Positions 24,585 through 35,012 of a stretch of 64,000 nt of DNA are shown here, piece by piece (within the stretch, counting starts at the first letter, position 1; each line of letters opens with the position of its first letter). The position numbers were made by a program, and so were the translations under genes. The DNA is from Somniosus microcephalus (Eukaryota), in contig CM126203.1 of assembly GCA_052327205.1 (NCBI GenBank), forward strand, positions 23,126,001 through 23,190,000, given 5' to 3'. Below the pieces are notes generated by a model. It was not told the DNA's origin and made no database searches. It saw only the letters and a program-made list of their open reading frames with translations.

Positions 24585-26090
24585 TCACCTTCTGCTTCGT
24601 CTTTTTCTTTTCTCCTTCTTGGAGACTCTCGGGGCTCCCTTATCAGCTGCCAGCTGTAGCGCCACCATCTCCCTATGTTCCTTAGACTTTAAGTGCTTCA
24701 TCCTGATTTCTGCACTTTGGGAGTTTTCATCACAAGCTGGGCAGACCAAGTCCTCGTAATATTCCGTGTCACTCAACAGGTCATGGTAATATTTGGTGTC
24801 GTCCTGAACTAGTCTAGCGAGAGGGCCTGCTACTTCTTCCTTACCCAACTGGACGTTAGCCGACTGTTGTTCCCTCCCTAGACATCTTTCCTGAAGAGAC
24901 TTCTTCATGCGTTCATATTCATCCCGCTCTTCCTGGGTTTCCTGCAAATCCTTCACTAAGGACCTCATTTGTGATTTCAATACTTCCCCTTCCATCGGGG
25001 ATTGATTGATCGGGCTATTCAATCCTTCTACTGGAGCAGCTGTTTCAACATTCTGTTGTTCACATAGACGTGATTCAGCGTACTTTTGGCATCCCAGTAA
25101 AATCTGTGTTGCAACCTCAGCTATTTCCATAACTTTTGAGAGCTCCGAACTCCTTCCCTTTGAAGATTGAAGCTCGTGTTCAGATTGTTCCCATTGCAGA
25201 GTCTTGTCCCTCAGCATATGAAGGAGTTGGCTGACCGTTAACTCTTCCACGGGAACACTGTGGATCAGAGTCTTCTCCATTTCATCCAGCTTTTCCTCCA
25301 ATGCTTTCACCTTCTTTTCCTCTTGTACTTTGGCTTTCAGCGCTCGGAGAAGTTGCGCCTTGATGCTCTCTAGCTCATGTTCAGGGGCCATTCTTACAGT
25401 CTCTGTGTTTCTTACAGTTTCCTTTTCTTCCACTGAAAGGATTCCCAGTTGAATCTGTTCTTCAAGTTGTTGAACCTCGGTCATTGCCGCCTCATATTTG
25501 TCTTGGGTTTCCTTCAATATTTTTATGAGTTCTTGGACATCTTGTCTTTCATGTTCTGCCATGTCTTTCACCTCTAATTTCTCATCTATGGATGGAACTT
25601 CTACCGATGAGTCTGTCTTGGCCTTGAGCTCATCAAGAATTTCCTGCAGCCTTTGGACTTCTTGCTCATGTTCAACCTTTAGTTGCTCATATGCTTCTAC
25701 TGAAACTAGCTTTTCGGAGGTTGCCGAGTTAATCCCCTCCAGGATTGTAGCCTGGGCCTGTTCATACTGTTCCTTCAACTTCTCAAACTCTGCTTGTAAG
25801 GAGTCGTAGAGAAGAACGGGAATAAAATCCTGGCTTCCTGAAGATTCCTCTTCATTTGCTCCTTCCTGCAAATATTCTAACTCCTGAACAGCATAAGGGA
25901 GATGTGATCGGTAATTGGTCACAATGGCTCTATGGTTGCTCTCTGCTTGAGCTAGCTGCTTCTGTTGTCTTTCCAGATTCTCCCATTCGGTGTCATAGAA
26001 CTTTTTCATTGTTTTCATCTCTTGTTCGAGACGGTAACTCACTTGTTCTACTTGCTGTCGTAATTTGAAATAAAGTTGAGTCCGAGTTCG
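24585..26090 (-). CDS. Chimeric coiled-coil cargo ORF (STK10/SLK-like + RAI14/ANKRD24-like + unassigned + DNAJC21 C2H2-like); frame open from 26090, first ATG 26018
   Basis: ~500 open codons, E/Q/K-rich heptads; segments KLRQQVEQVSYRLEQEMKTMKKFYDTEWENLERQQKQ, YRSHLPYAVQ, IPVLLYDSLQAEF, ETQDKYEAAMTEV..QLGILS and DLVCPACD..HLKSKEHREMVAL recognised from memory. Confidence 0.75.
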   Translation of the reverse strand, partial: RTRTQLYFKLRQQVEQVSYRLEQEMKTMKKFYDTEWENLERQQKQLAQAESNHRAIVTNYRSHLPYAVQELEYLQEGANEEESSGSQDFIPVLLYDSLQAEFEKLKEQYEQAQATILEGINSATSEKLVSVEAYEQLKVEHEQEVQRLQEILDELKAKTDSSVEVPSIDEKLEVKDMAEHERQDVQELIKILKETQDKYEAAMTEVQQLEEQIQLGILSVEEKETVRNTETVRMAPEHELESIKAQLLRALKAKVQEEKKVKALEEKLDEMEKTLIHSVPVEELTVSQLLHMLRDKTLQWEQSEHELQSSKGRSSELSKVMEIAEVATQILLGCQKYAESRLCEQQNVETAAPVEGLNSPINQSPMEGEVLKSQMRSLVKDLQETQEERDEYERMKKSLQERCLGREQQSANVQLGKEEVAGPLARLVQDDTKYYHDLLSDTEYYEDLVCPACDENSQSAEIRMKHLKSKEHREMVALQLAADKGAPRVSKKEKRKRRSRR

Positions 26091-27496
26091 TCAGTCATGG
26101 ATATGTCCGTAAACTGAACAGACTCAGAATTCTCTGTCAAACTATGTTGTCGTTGTTCGGTGGAGTTCTGTTCTGAAACTTTGTTCTTCTCTGGAGCATA
26201 AGCCTTTATGCATGCCTTCGTTCTTCCAACCTTAGTCGGCAAGTCCATTTTAGCCTTGTCTTTCATATTTGGGTTGGTCTTATCGTCATCCGTTTCAGAA
26301 TCTGAGCTGATTGTCTGCACCGAGCCCTCACTCGTTATGGCTTTTAGATAGTGCCATTCCATGTCTATTTTCTTGATCCACTCCCGTCCCAGAAGTGGTG
26401 GTCCTCCCTCAGGTAGTACGTATAAGTTCATTCTTGGGTGTTCTTTACCCCCATCTCTCACCTTGACTCTTATCTTCCCCATGGGGTATACTTTATGCCC
26501 CGTGTATGTCTGCAATACGAACTTGGTATCTCTTAAGGGTATATGTGAGAATAGCCGGTGGTAATCCCTTCGATTTATAACTGATAGAGCTGATCCAGTG
26601 TCCAACTCCATTTTCACTTGGACTCCAGCTATTTTTAGCATGACCCAGATAGTTTGTAGGTCAGCTTCCTTACTCACATTGTGAATTCTCAGACTGCCCA
26701 GCTCCTGGCCGTTTGGGTCTGAGTCCGAATTCTGTTCGTCTGAACTCTTCTCAGCCACCTTGTGTACCTTGTTGTACTTTTCCTGTGATGGCTTCCTTTG
26801 GTTGTTGGTCTTCTTCCCTGACCGGCATACCTTAGCTATGTGACCCAGTTTGCCACATTTCCTACATTCCTGGTTCTTAAACCAGCATTGGTTCTGGTCG
26901 TGTGTTGTCTTCCCACAACGATAGCATTTCGTTGTACCCGAAGTAATTTGCTGCACCCTGAATGCCGCTGCCTTTAGCTGCATTTCCGCCGTTCCTTTCG
27001 CTGCGGCTTCGTTCGATGCAGCAATAAGGACAGCCTTCTCAAGTGTAAGATCGTTCTCTTCGAGCAGTCGTTTTTGTGTTTCTTCCTTCGACATTCCGCA
27101 CAAGAATTTGTCTCGCAATGCCTCTGTCAGATTCCCTCCAAACTGACAGTGTTTCGCTAGTCTACGCAGTTCGACCAAGTATTCTGCATTGCTTTTGTCT
27201 TTCCTTTGCGTTCTCGCATAGAATTTGAATCGTTCCGCCAACATCAACAGTGTGGGGTTCAAGTGATCCTTCAGAACAGTCACAATATCATCGAAAGTCT
27301 GATCCGCCGGTTTAGCTGGTGCTAGTAGATGCTTCAAGAGCCCGTATGTCTTCGCGCCCATCGAGTTTAGCAAGGTTATAGCTTTGTCATCTTCTTCTAT
27401 TTTATTGGCCTCACAATAGATCTCAATGCGTTCCACATACGTGGCCCAGTCTTCTACCTCGGAATTAAAATCGTTGATGTTACCATGCTTAGGCAT
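26048..27496 (-). CDS. gag-pro: Gag-protease (482 aa, uninterrupted) with a ~90-aa non-pol tail
   Basis: ATG start; AERFKFY, LRDKFLCG, two CCHC knuckles, LDTGS protease; similarity to A/C/E stops after WHYLKA. Confidence 0.9.
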   Translation of the reverse strand: MPKHGNINDFNSEVEDWATYVERIEIYCEANKIEEDDKAITLLNSMGAKTYGLLKHLLAPAKPADQTFDDIVTVLKDHLNPTLLMLAERFKFYARTQRKDKSNAEYLVELRRLAKHCQFGGNLTEALRDKFLCGMSKEETQKRLLEENDLTLEKAVLIAASNEAAAKGTAEMQLKAAAFRVQQITSGTTKCYRCGKTTHDQNQCWFKNQECRKCGKLGHIAKVCRSGKKTNNQRKPSQEKYNKVHKVAEKSSDEQNSDSDPNGQELGSLRIHNVSKEADLQTIWVMLKIAGVQVKMELDTGSALSVINRRDYHRLFSHIPLRDTKFVLQTYTGHKVYPMGKIRVKVRDGGKEHPRMNLYVLPEGGPPLLGREWIKKIDMEWHYLKAITSEGSVQTISSDSETDDDKTNPNMKDKAKMDLPTKVGRTKACIKAYAPEKNKVSEQNSTEQRQHSLTENSESVQFTDISMTDELGLNFISNYDSK

Positions 27497-27794
27497 CTTC
27501 CTCTCTTCCTGATAACACCATGAATTATTTCTTTAAATTTTCTTTTATTTATTTATTTTTTTCTTTCCCAAGATGGCGGTTCCCGCGAAAATGGCGGTTT
27601 CCCGCGCTTATCTTCTCTCCCCGCCCACTTCAATGGCGGTTTCCCGCTTCTGTCTTCTTCCCCGCCTAATGGCGGCTTCCCGCGTTTCTTCCCTAGCGGG
27701 AGGGGTACACTTTCCCCACAGGCGATGGCCGCTGGCTTTCAGGTTCACAGCCTGCGCGTCGGCTTCAGTGCTTTCCCTTTTCTCGGCAGGGCAA

Positions 27795-28008
27795 CCGGCG
27801 CTGGGTACACCCCGTTGACGGCGAACCGTTTCAGCCGCTGGGCTGGCTCTCGCTCAGTTCCCCTTGCTCGGGCTCTGTCTCTCTCCCGCTCGCTCGGCTC
27901 TACCGGCGCTGGGTACCCCCCGTTGACGGCGAACAGTTTCAGCCGCTGGACTGGCTCTCGCTCAGTCTCCCTTGGTCGGCTCTGCCTCTCCCGCTCGCTC
28001 GGCTCCCA
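27795..28008 (-). repeat. 2 x ~107-bp tandem repeat in 5' leader of element D
   Basis: ACCGGCGCTGGGTAC.CCCCGTTGACGGCGAAC.GTTTCAGCCGCTGG occurs at ~27795 and ~27902. Confidence 0.88.
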
Positions 28009-29246
28009 ATCGCGCCTCCCAGCCCTCTCGCAGTCCGGAGCTTCCCTCCCCGGCTGCGGCTGAGTTTTTATATCTTCCCGCCCCTACGCTCCCGGTTGCA
28101 GCGCTTCGTGGCTTCGGTCGCTGCCCGGCCTTTTTCGCCGGTCGCGGTCTAGCTGTCTCACGATGCCATTGCGTCCCCAGCCTGTCTGTACCGCGGCTTC
28201 CTTGCTCCACGCTGCCCCAGTCTCAGCGCCTCTGGGCCCGACTTCTGCCCGGCTCCTTTCCCCCTCGACCGTGGTCGAGTGCACCGCCCTTATCCTCCGG
28301 TTATTCTTTTTACTTTTCCCTTACTCACAGTCACCGTGGCTGGCTTGCTTCTCGTGCTGATCGTCTCACTCCTCACCGTGGCAGAAGGGACAGTCAGTGC
28401 CTGTTGCTGATGGAAGTCTTTGTCTCTAACTTCTTCTTCCTTTCTAGTTCTGCAGCCTCGAGTTTTCTCCCAGCAGAACGATGAGGGCGGTTGCCTCTTC
28501 TCGACGCTCGTTAACTGCTTCGGAAGTATTGTTGCCGCAGGGTACGATCGGACTCGTCGCCACTGTAAAGTCTGTGGGTTGTTTAGTTAATTAATACACA
28601 GACTACCAGAGTAACTTAAAACAGGACTTTACTATTCGAAGGTCCGGGCGAATCTGCCAAATAAATCCTGACACAGCACTTATATACCGGTGTGGTCACC
28701 GTCGGTATTGCAGTATACAGAAGCCAACAAAGTAGTGCCACACCTAAAATAGTTCTCTTAAAGGTGAACGGTTACATACAATGGTTTTCTTAAAGGTAGA
28801 CGGATACATACACTACAGTGTGGTCTCACCAAAGCCCTGTACAACTGTAGTAAGACATCCTTGCTCCTGTACTCAAATCCTCTTGCAACGAAGGCCAACA
28901 TACCATTTGTCTTCCTAACTGCTTGCTGCACCTGCATGTTTGCTTTCAGTGACTGGTGTACAAGGACACCCAGGTCACTTTGTACATCAGCATTTCCCAA
29001 TCTATCACTATTTAAATAATATTCTACCCTTCTGATTTTCCTATGGAAGTGGATAACTTCACATTTATCCACATTATACTGCATCTTCCATGTATTTGCC
29101 CACTCATTCAACTTGTCTAAATCGCCTTGAAGCCTCTTTGCATCCTCCTCACAACTCACAATCCCACCTAGTTTCGTGTAGTCAGCAAACTTGGAAATAT
29201 AACATTTGGTTCCCTCATCCAAATCATTGATATATATTGTGAATAG

Positions 29247-32200
29247 TGTTAAGTCCGTGAATGATTGAGACACGGACTAGCAGGAGAGAAACAAACAGAA
29301 TTTTACTGGTGGAAGGCATAAATGAATCTAACCAACAGAGGCACTCTAGCGCCTTTTATACAGGGGTGGTCACTGCCGGTACTGCAGTCTGAGACCAGTT
29401 ATTCTCTTAAAGGTACATACACAACAATTCCTCCCCTTTTAGATAAACAGTACATAACATTCATTTAACAACTAATGATAACGAATTACAATCACAATTA
29501 CTGTTGCTAGATACATTGGTTAAGTTTAAGCAATTATAAGTTCAGTCTTTGAGGAGGCTTCCTGATTCTGTCTGGATAACGCCTCTTTGGAGTATCAGGT
29601 TCTTCTGGCAATGTTGAGTCGGAATCAATGTCGTTGTTTGGTTCATCTGCTTCCAATATTACCGGTTCTGCGGTAGCTGCAATTGGAACGTCGATTTCAT
29701 TACCAGGTGTATCAGATCGTGGTGTGGAGTTGACGTTTTCCAGTGACTCTAGAATCTGGTCAGCATGGCGTCTTACAATGCTCTCCCCAACGTCCACGGT
29801 ATACATGAGAGGTCCTTGTCGTGTACAAATCGTTCCTGGCTGCCATTTCTCAGTGCGGTAGTCCCGGGCCAAAACTGGTTGACCTATCTTAAAACTCCTG
29901 GTCGGCCTTTCATTCATATTCTGAAACTGCCTGTTCGCCACATCTCTTCGGACATTTGGCTTAACCAAATCCAAGCGGCATCGTAGTCTTCGATTGAAGA
30001 ACATCATGGCTGGAGTTTGGTTGGTAACCGCATGTGTCGCATTCTGGTAGGCAAACAAGAAGTTGTCCACCTTGTGTTGTAGGGGTATATCTTCATTACA
30101 CATTGCCTTGATAGCCTTCTTGAATGTTTGGACAAACCTCTCGGCCAATCCATTAGTGGCTGGATGATATGGGGCAGACGTGTAATGCTTAACACCATTG
30201 TTCTTTAAGAACCTCCGGAACTCTTCAGACACAAACTGTGGTCCATTGTCAGAGCAAATCTGTTCAGCCAGCCCATTCCTGGCGAATATGGTTCGTAAAA
30301 CTGCGATAGTTTTTTCCGTGGTGGTTGAGGACATTTTTATTACCTCTGGCCACTTTGAATGTGCATCCACCGCAATTAAAAACATCGAGTCCATGAAGGG
30401 ACCAGCAAAATCAATGTGCACCCTTTGCCATGGAGATGAGGGCCACTCCCATGGATGCAGAGGAGCTTGTGGTGGTGCGTTTTGGACCTTCTGGCATCCT
30501 GCACAGCTCTTGGTCATCTCTTCGATTTCTCTATCGATTCCCGGCCACCACACAAACGCTCTGGCTAAGCTCTTCATTTTTACCCCACCCAGATGACCCT
30601 CATGAAGCTCATTGAGCACTCTATCCGTCAACTTAGGTGGAATTACTACTCTGGATCCACACATCAAGGTTCCTCTGCACACTGACAGCTGTTCTCTTCT
30701 TGGCGAAAATGCTGGCAGCAGTGGTTCGCCATGTGCTGGCCATCCCTTCACCGTTAAATCATAGACCCGTGATAGTGTCGGGTCATTCCGTGTTTCCTTT
30801 TCTATGTTTGCATTCGTCACAGGGAGACATTCGACTATGGTCGAGTGGAATAACTCCATTGGATCCACTGCAAGGTCTCCTTCTTCCACCGTCGGCAATG
30901 GTAGACGTGACAATCCATCAGCATTTCCATGCTGTTTAGTTCCCCTGTACTCGATGTCATATTGGTGTGCCCCTAGGAAAAGGGACCATCTCTGCAGCCG
31001 TTGTGCTGTCATTATCGGTACGCCCTTCTGAGGATTGAAAATGGAGACAAGAGGTTGATGATCGGTTAGTAGAGTAAATTTTTGACCGTGCAGATAGTGA
31101 TTGAACTTCTTCACCCCCCACACTAGGCTGAGGGCCTCTCTGTCAATCTGGGCGTAGTTACGCTTGGCAGAAGTTAACGAGCGTGACGCAAAAGCTATCG
31201 GCCTCTCCAAACCATCAAGGAATTTATGTGACAGTACCGCCCCAATGCCGTAGGGAGATGCATCACACGCCAGCCTGATTGGCAGTGCTGGGTTGTAGTG
31301 AGCCAATACTTCCTTCGAAGTGATTAAGTCCTTACTCTTCTGAAAAGCACGTTTACAATCATCACTCCATTTCCATGCTACCCCCATTCGTAGCAGGGTG
31401 TTCAGTGGATGCAGAATTGTCGACAAATTCGGCAAAAACTTATGATAGTAATTCACCAACCCGAGGAATGACCTCAGCTGCGACACATTTTCAGGCGCTG
31501 GGGCCTTAACAACCGCTTCAATTTTGTCAGGGGACTTATGTAACCCCTCTTCATCAATCACGTGGCCACAATACGATATCTGTTTCTTAAAAAATTCGCA
31601 CTTGGGGCGGTTGGCTCGCAGCCCATGTTCCCGTAGTCTAGTGAGCACCTGTTCTAGGTTGTTAAGGTGTTCACTGTCATCTTCACCTGTTACAAGGATG
31701 TCGTCCAAGTAACACTGAGTCCCCGGAATCCCTTGCAGGACTTGTTCCATCGCTCTTTGCCATATCGCCGGAGCCGATGCTACTCCGAATACCAATCGAT
31801 GATACTGGTAAAGACCTTTGTGAGCGTTTATCGTGAGATACTTCCTAGAGGACTCTTCAACCTCCATCTGCAAATATGCTTGTGCTAGGTCAATTTTTGT
31901 AAAACGCTTCCCTCCAGACAGTGAGGCGAAGATGTCTTCTATCCTTGGAAGAGGATATTGTACTGTGTGAAGGACAGGGTTCACCGTCACCTTGAAATCC
32001 GCACAGATGCGAATCTTCCTTGGCTCTCCGGACTTATTGCTTAACGTTTTCTTCATGACAGGAACGATGGGTGTCGCCCACTCGCTCCAGTCGACCTTAG
32101 ACAACACGCCCGCCTTCTCCAGATTCTCCAGCTCTGCCTCGACGGCTGGACGAATTGCATATGGTACCGGTCTCGCTTTGAAAAACTTGGGAACTGCATT

Positions 32201-34220
32201 CTCTTCTATTTTTAACGAGGCAGTTACGCCTTTAAGCGTGCCCAGTTCTTGTTGAAATACCTCTTTTTGGCGTTAGCTAAGATGGTTGACAATCGTCCAG
32301 GAGTGACGTCTTCATCTTTTTTACCGTCCACCATCATTGCATGAATGGAATGCCAATCTAAGTTTATCTTCCTGATCCATTCCCGTCCCAATAACGGTGG
32401 TCCACCATTTGGCAGTATGTAGAGATACAATTTCCGTATTTTCTTGCCATTGTATTCGACAGGCACCCTTATTTTTCCTCTGGGGTATACTTTTTGCCCC
32501 GTATACGTCGTCAAGACGATGGATATCTCTCTCAAGGGTATGTGTGAAAATAGCCGCTCATAGTCTCGTCGATTCATGACGGTTAGCGCTGATCCTGTAT
32601 CCAATTCCATTTTAACTTGGGACCCTGCTATCATGAGGGTGACCCAAATGGTTCGGTGATCCTCTTTTGCGATTACACTGTGAAGTTTGAGACAGCTTAA
32701 TCTCCTGTTCTCGGATTCACTATCGCTCATCTGGTCTTCGGAACTACTGTCCGTCATCTTTTGTACTTTCTTGTACGGTTCCTTAGTAGCCTTTTTGTTG
32801 TCGCTGGTCTTCCCAGACCTACAAACTCGTGCAATGTGTCCAATCTTCCCGCATTGTCTGCATATTTTGTCTTTGGACCAGCAGTCCTTCTGGTCATGGT
32901 TAGTTCTGCGGCAGCGATAACATTTTGCAAATCCCCGTGTAATTTCGTGGGTGCCGTATTCCTGTGGTTTTTGTTGAATTTCTGCAGCTCCCCTGGCTGC
33001 TGCTTCATACGATACTGCCACGCTGAAAGCCTTATCTAGCATCAGCTCTTTTTCTGCGAGTAACCTCTTCTGTGTTCCTTCACTCAGGAGTCCACAGACA
33101 AATTTGTCCCGTAGGGTATCTGCCAGTCCTGCTCCGAACTGGCAGTGCTTTGATAGCTTGCGTAGTTCCGTAAGATACTCAGCATTGCTCTCATCTTTGT
33201 GCTGAGTTCTCCTGTGGAATTTAAATCTTTCTGCTATCAACAGCGGTGCAGGGTTTAAGTGCTCCTGTAGAACAGCAACAATTTCGTTAAAACTCTTCGC
33301 CTTCGGTTTGGCTGGAGTAATCAGATCCCGCAATAGGCCGTACGTTCTAGCGCCCATTACGTTTAGCAATATTGATGCCTTTTTCCCCTCTATTTCATTT
33401 GCCTCAAAATATACCTCGACTCTTTCCACATACGTGGTCCAGTCCTCTAATGTATTATCAAAAGCAGTGATACAGCCAGTCTTCGGCATCTTGCAAATCT
33501 AAAATGGTGCCTCCCGCGCTTTGCCTTCTTCTCCGATTTAACAAAATGGCGCCTCCCGCGCTTTTCCTTCTTCCCCGCTGTTGTTAGCACTGCTTTCCAC
33601 GGTTTGCTGCGCGTTAAATATTAATTCGTTTTCTTTTATTATCTTCCCGTCATGGAGCGGACCCTCTGGGACACTTCCCTCCCTCTTCTGAGGTCCGAAT
33701 GCTGCCCAGCTTTGAAACACCGGCCATGCCCTGTATGCTCCACCCTCTCTCTCTCTCCTTGCTTCCCGACTCGCTGCCCGGCCCCGTTGCAGCCCAGGAA
33801 GGATCAGAGCACTACCTGCCACCAGCCCGACCAGCCGGGAAACCACGGACCGAGGAACCCAGCCTGGCTCTGGACAGTCTCTCCTGCAAGTTTTGAAATC
33901 GATGATTGACGGTCGACGCCCGTTTCTCGAGTTTCAATGGCCGATTTTTTTTTTTTTTTCTTTCTTCTGGCTCCGACCTTCAACACGTCGTCGGAGCTGC
34001 TGCTGAGTTGCAGGTAAGTTCGTTTCTAACTCGTTGCCAGTGTTAAGTCCGTGAATGATTGAGACACGGACTAGCAGGAGAGAAACAAACAGAACTTTAC
34101 TGGTGGAAGGCATAAACGAATCTAACCAACAGAGGCTATCTAGCGCCTTTTATACAGGGGTGGTCACTGCCGGTACTGCAGTCTGAGACCAGTTATTCTC
34201 TTAAAGGTACATACACAACA
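29247..34220 (-). mobile_element. Full-length Gypsy/Mag-like element E
   Basis: 180-bp LTRs 29247-29426 and 34041-34220 (~4 mismatches); TSD AATAG; PBS TGGCAACGAG; PPT AAAAGGGGAGGAA. Confidence 0.96.
29534..33489 (-). pseudogene. gag-pol: gag-pol of element E, intact except one frameshift in an A-run at ~32265
   Basis: 421-aa gag-PR ORF plus a stop-free pol frame from ~32263 to 29534 with RT, RNaseH and integrase motifs. Confidence 0.9.
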
Positions 34221-35012
34221 AATAGCTGGGGCCCAAGCACTGATCCCTGCGGTACCACACTAGTCACCGCCTGCCACCCTGAAAAAGACCCATTTATTCC
34301 TACTCTCTGTTTCCTGTCTGTTAACTAATTTTCAATCCATGCCAGTATATTACCCCCAATCCCATGTGCTTTAATTTTGCACACTAACCTCTTATGTGGG
34401 ACTTTATCAAAGGCCGTCTGAAAATCCAAATACACCACATCCACTGGTTCTCCCCTATCTATTCTACCAGTTACATCCTCAAAAAACCCCAGTAGTTTTG
34501 TCAAACATGATTTCCCTTTCTTAAATCCATGTTGACTTTGTCTAATCCTGTTGATATTTTCTAAGTGTCCTGTTATCACATCCTTTATAATAGACTCTAG
34601 CATTTTCCCTACTACTGATGTTAGGCTAACCAGTCTGTAGGTCCCTGTTTTCTCTCTCCCTTCTTTTTTAAATAGTGGGGTTATATTTGCCACCCTCCAA
34701 TCTGCAGGAACTGTTCCATAATCTATAGAATTTTGGAAGATGACAACCAATGCATCTACTATTTCCATGGCTACCTCTTTTAGTACTCTGGGGTGCAGAT
34801 TATCAGGCCCTGGAGATTTATCAGCTTTCAGTCCCATTAATTTCTCCAGCACTATTTTTTTACTAATACTAATTTCCTTGAATTCCTCCTTCTCACCAGA
34901 CCCTTGGTTCCCTAGCATTTCTGGGAAGTTATTTGTGTCCTCTTCTGTGACGACAGAACCAATGTATTTGTTTAATTGCTCTTCCATTTCCTTGTTCCCC
35001 ATTATAAATTCC

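Larger units (their letters stand above)
23968..28817 (-). mobile_element. Non-autonomous Gypsy/Mag-like element D carrying host-derived cargo in place of RT-RH-IN
   Basis: 254-bp LTRs 23968-24221 and 28564-28817 (2 mismatches); TSD GTGTG; PBS TGGCGACGAG; PPT AAAAAGGGAGGA; leader and 3' UTR similar to element A. Confidence 0.96.
23405..35012 (-). mobile_element. 5'-truncated CR1 LINE split into three pieces (23405-23967, 28818-29246, 34221-35012) by elements D and E
   Basis: RT segments KSPGPDNLHPRVLKE/QHGFKKGKSC/YLDFQTAFDKV, LFTIYINDL..KFADYTKLG and RRMRGDLIETYK..FTQRVVSLWN are colinear across the insertions; CR1 3' tail near 23405. Confidence 0.92.

Noticed and set aside
24585-26042. Cargo ORF as an env gene
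   Set aside because: It replaces pol rather than following it and has no signal peptide or transmembrane segment; it is acidic coiled coil with host-like motifs.
26048-26130. SLK-like motif in the gag-frame tail (ELGLNFISNYDSK)
   Set aside because: The same bases read much better as STK10/SLK coiled coil in the -1 frame, so the gag-frame resemblance is probably coincidental.
32255-32275. Programmed -1 frameshift in element E
   Set aside because: Sister elements A and C keep one frame across this site; an A-run indel is the simpler explanation.
29628-33039. Antisense ORFs shared among A, C and E
   Set aside because: Short shadows of conserved pol codon usage, with no independent evidence of coding.
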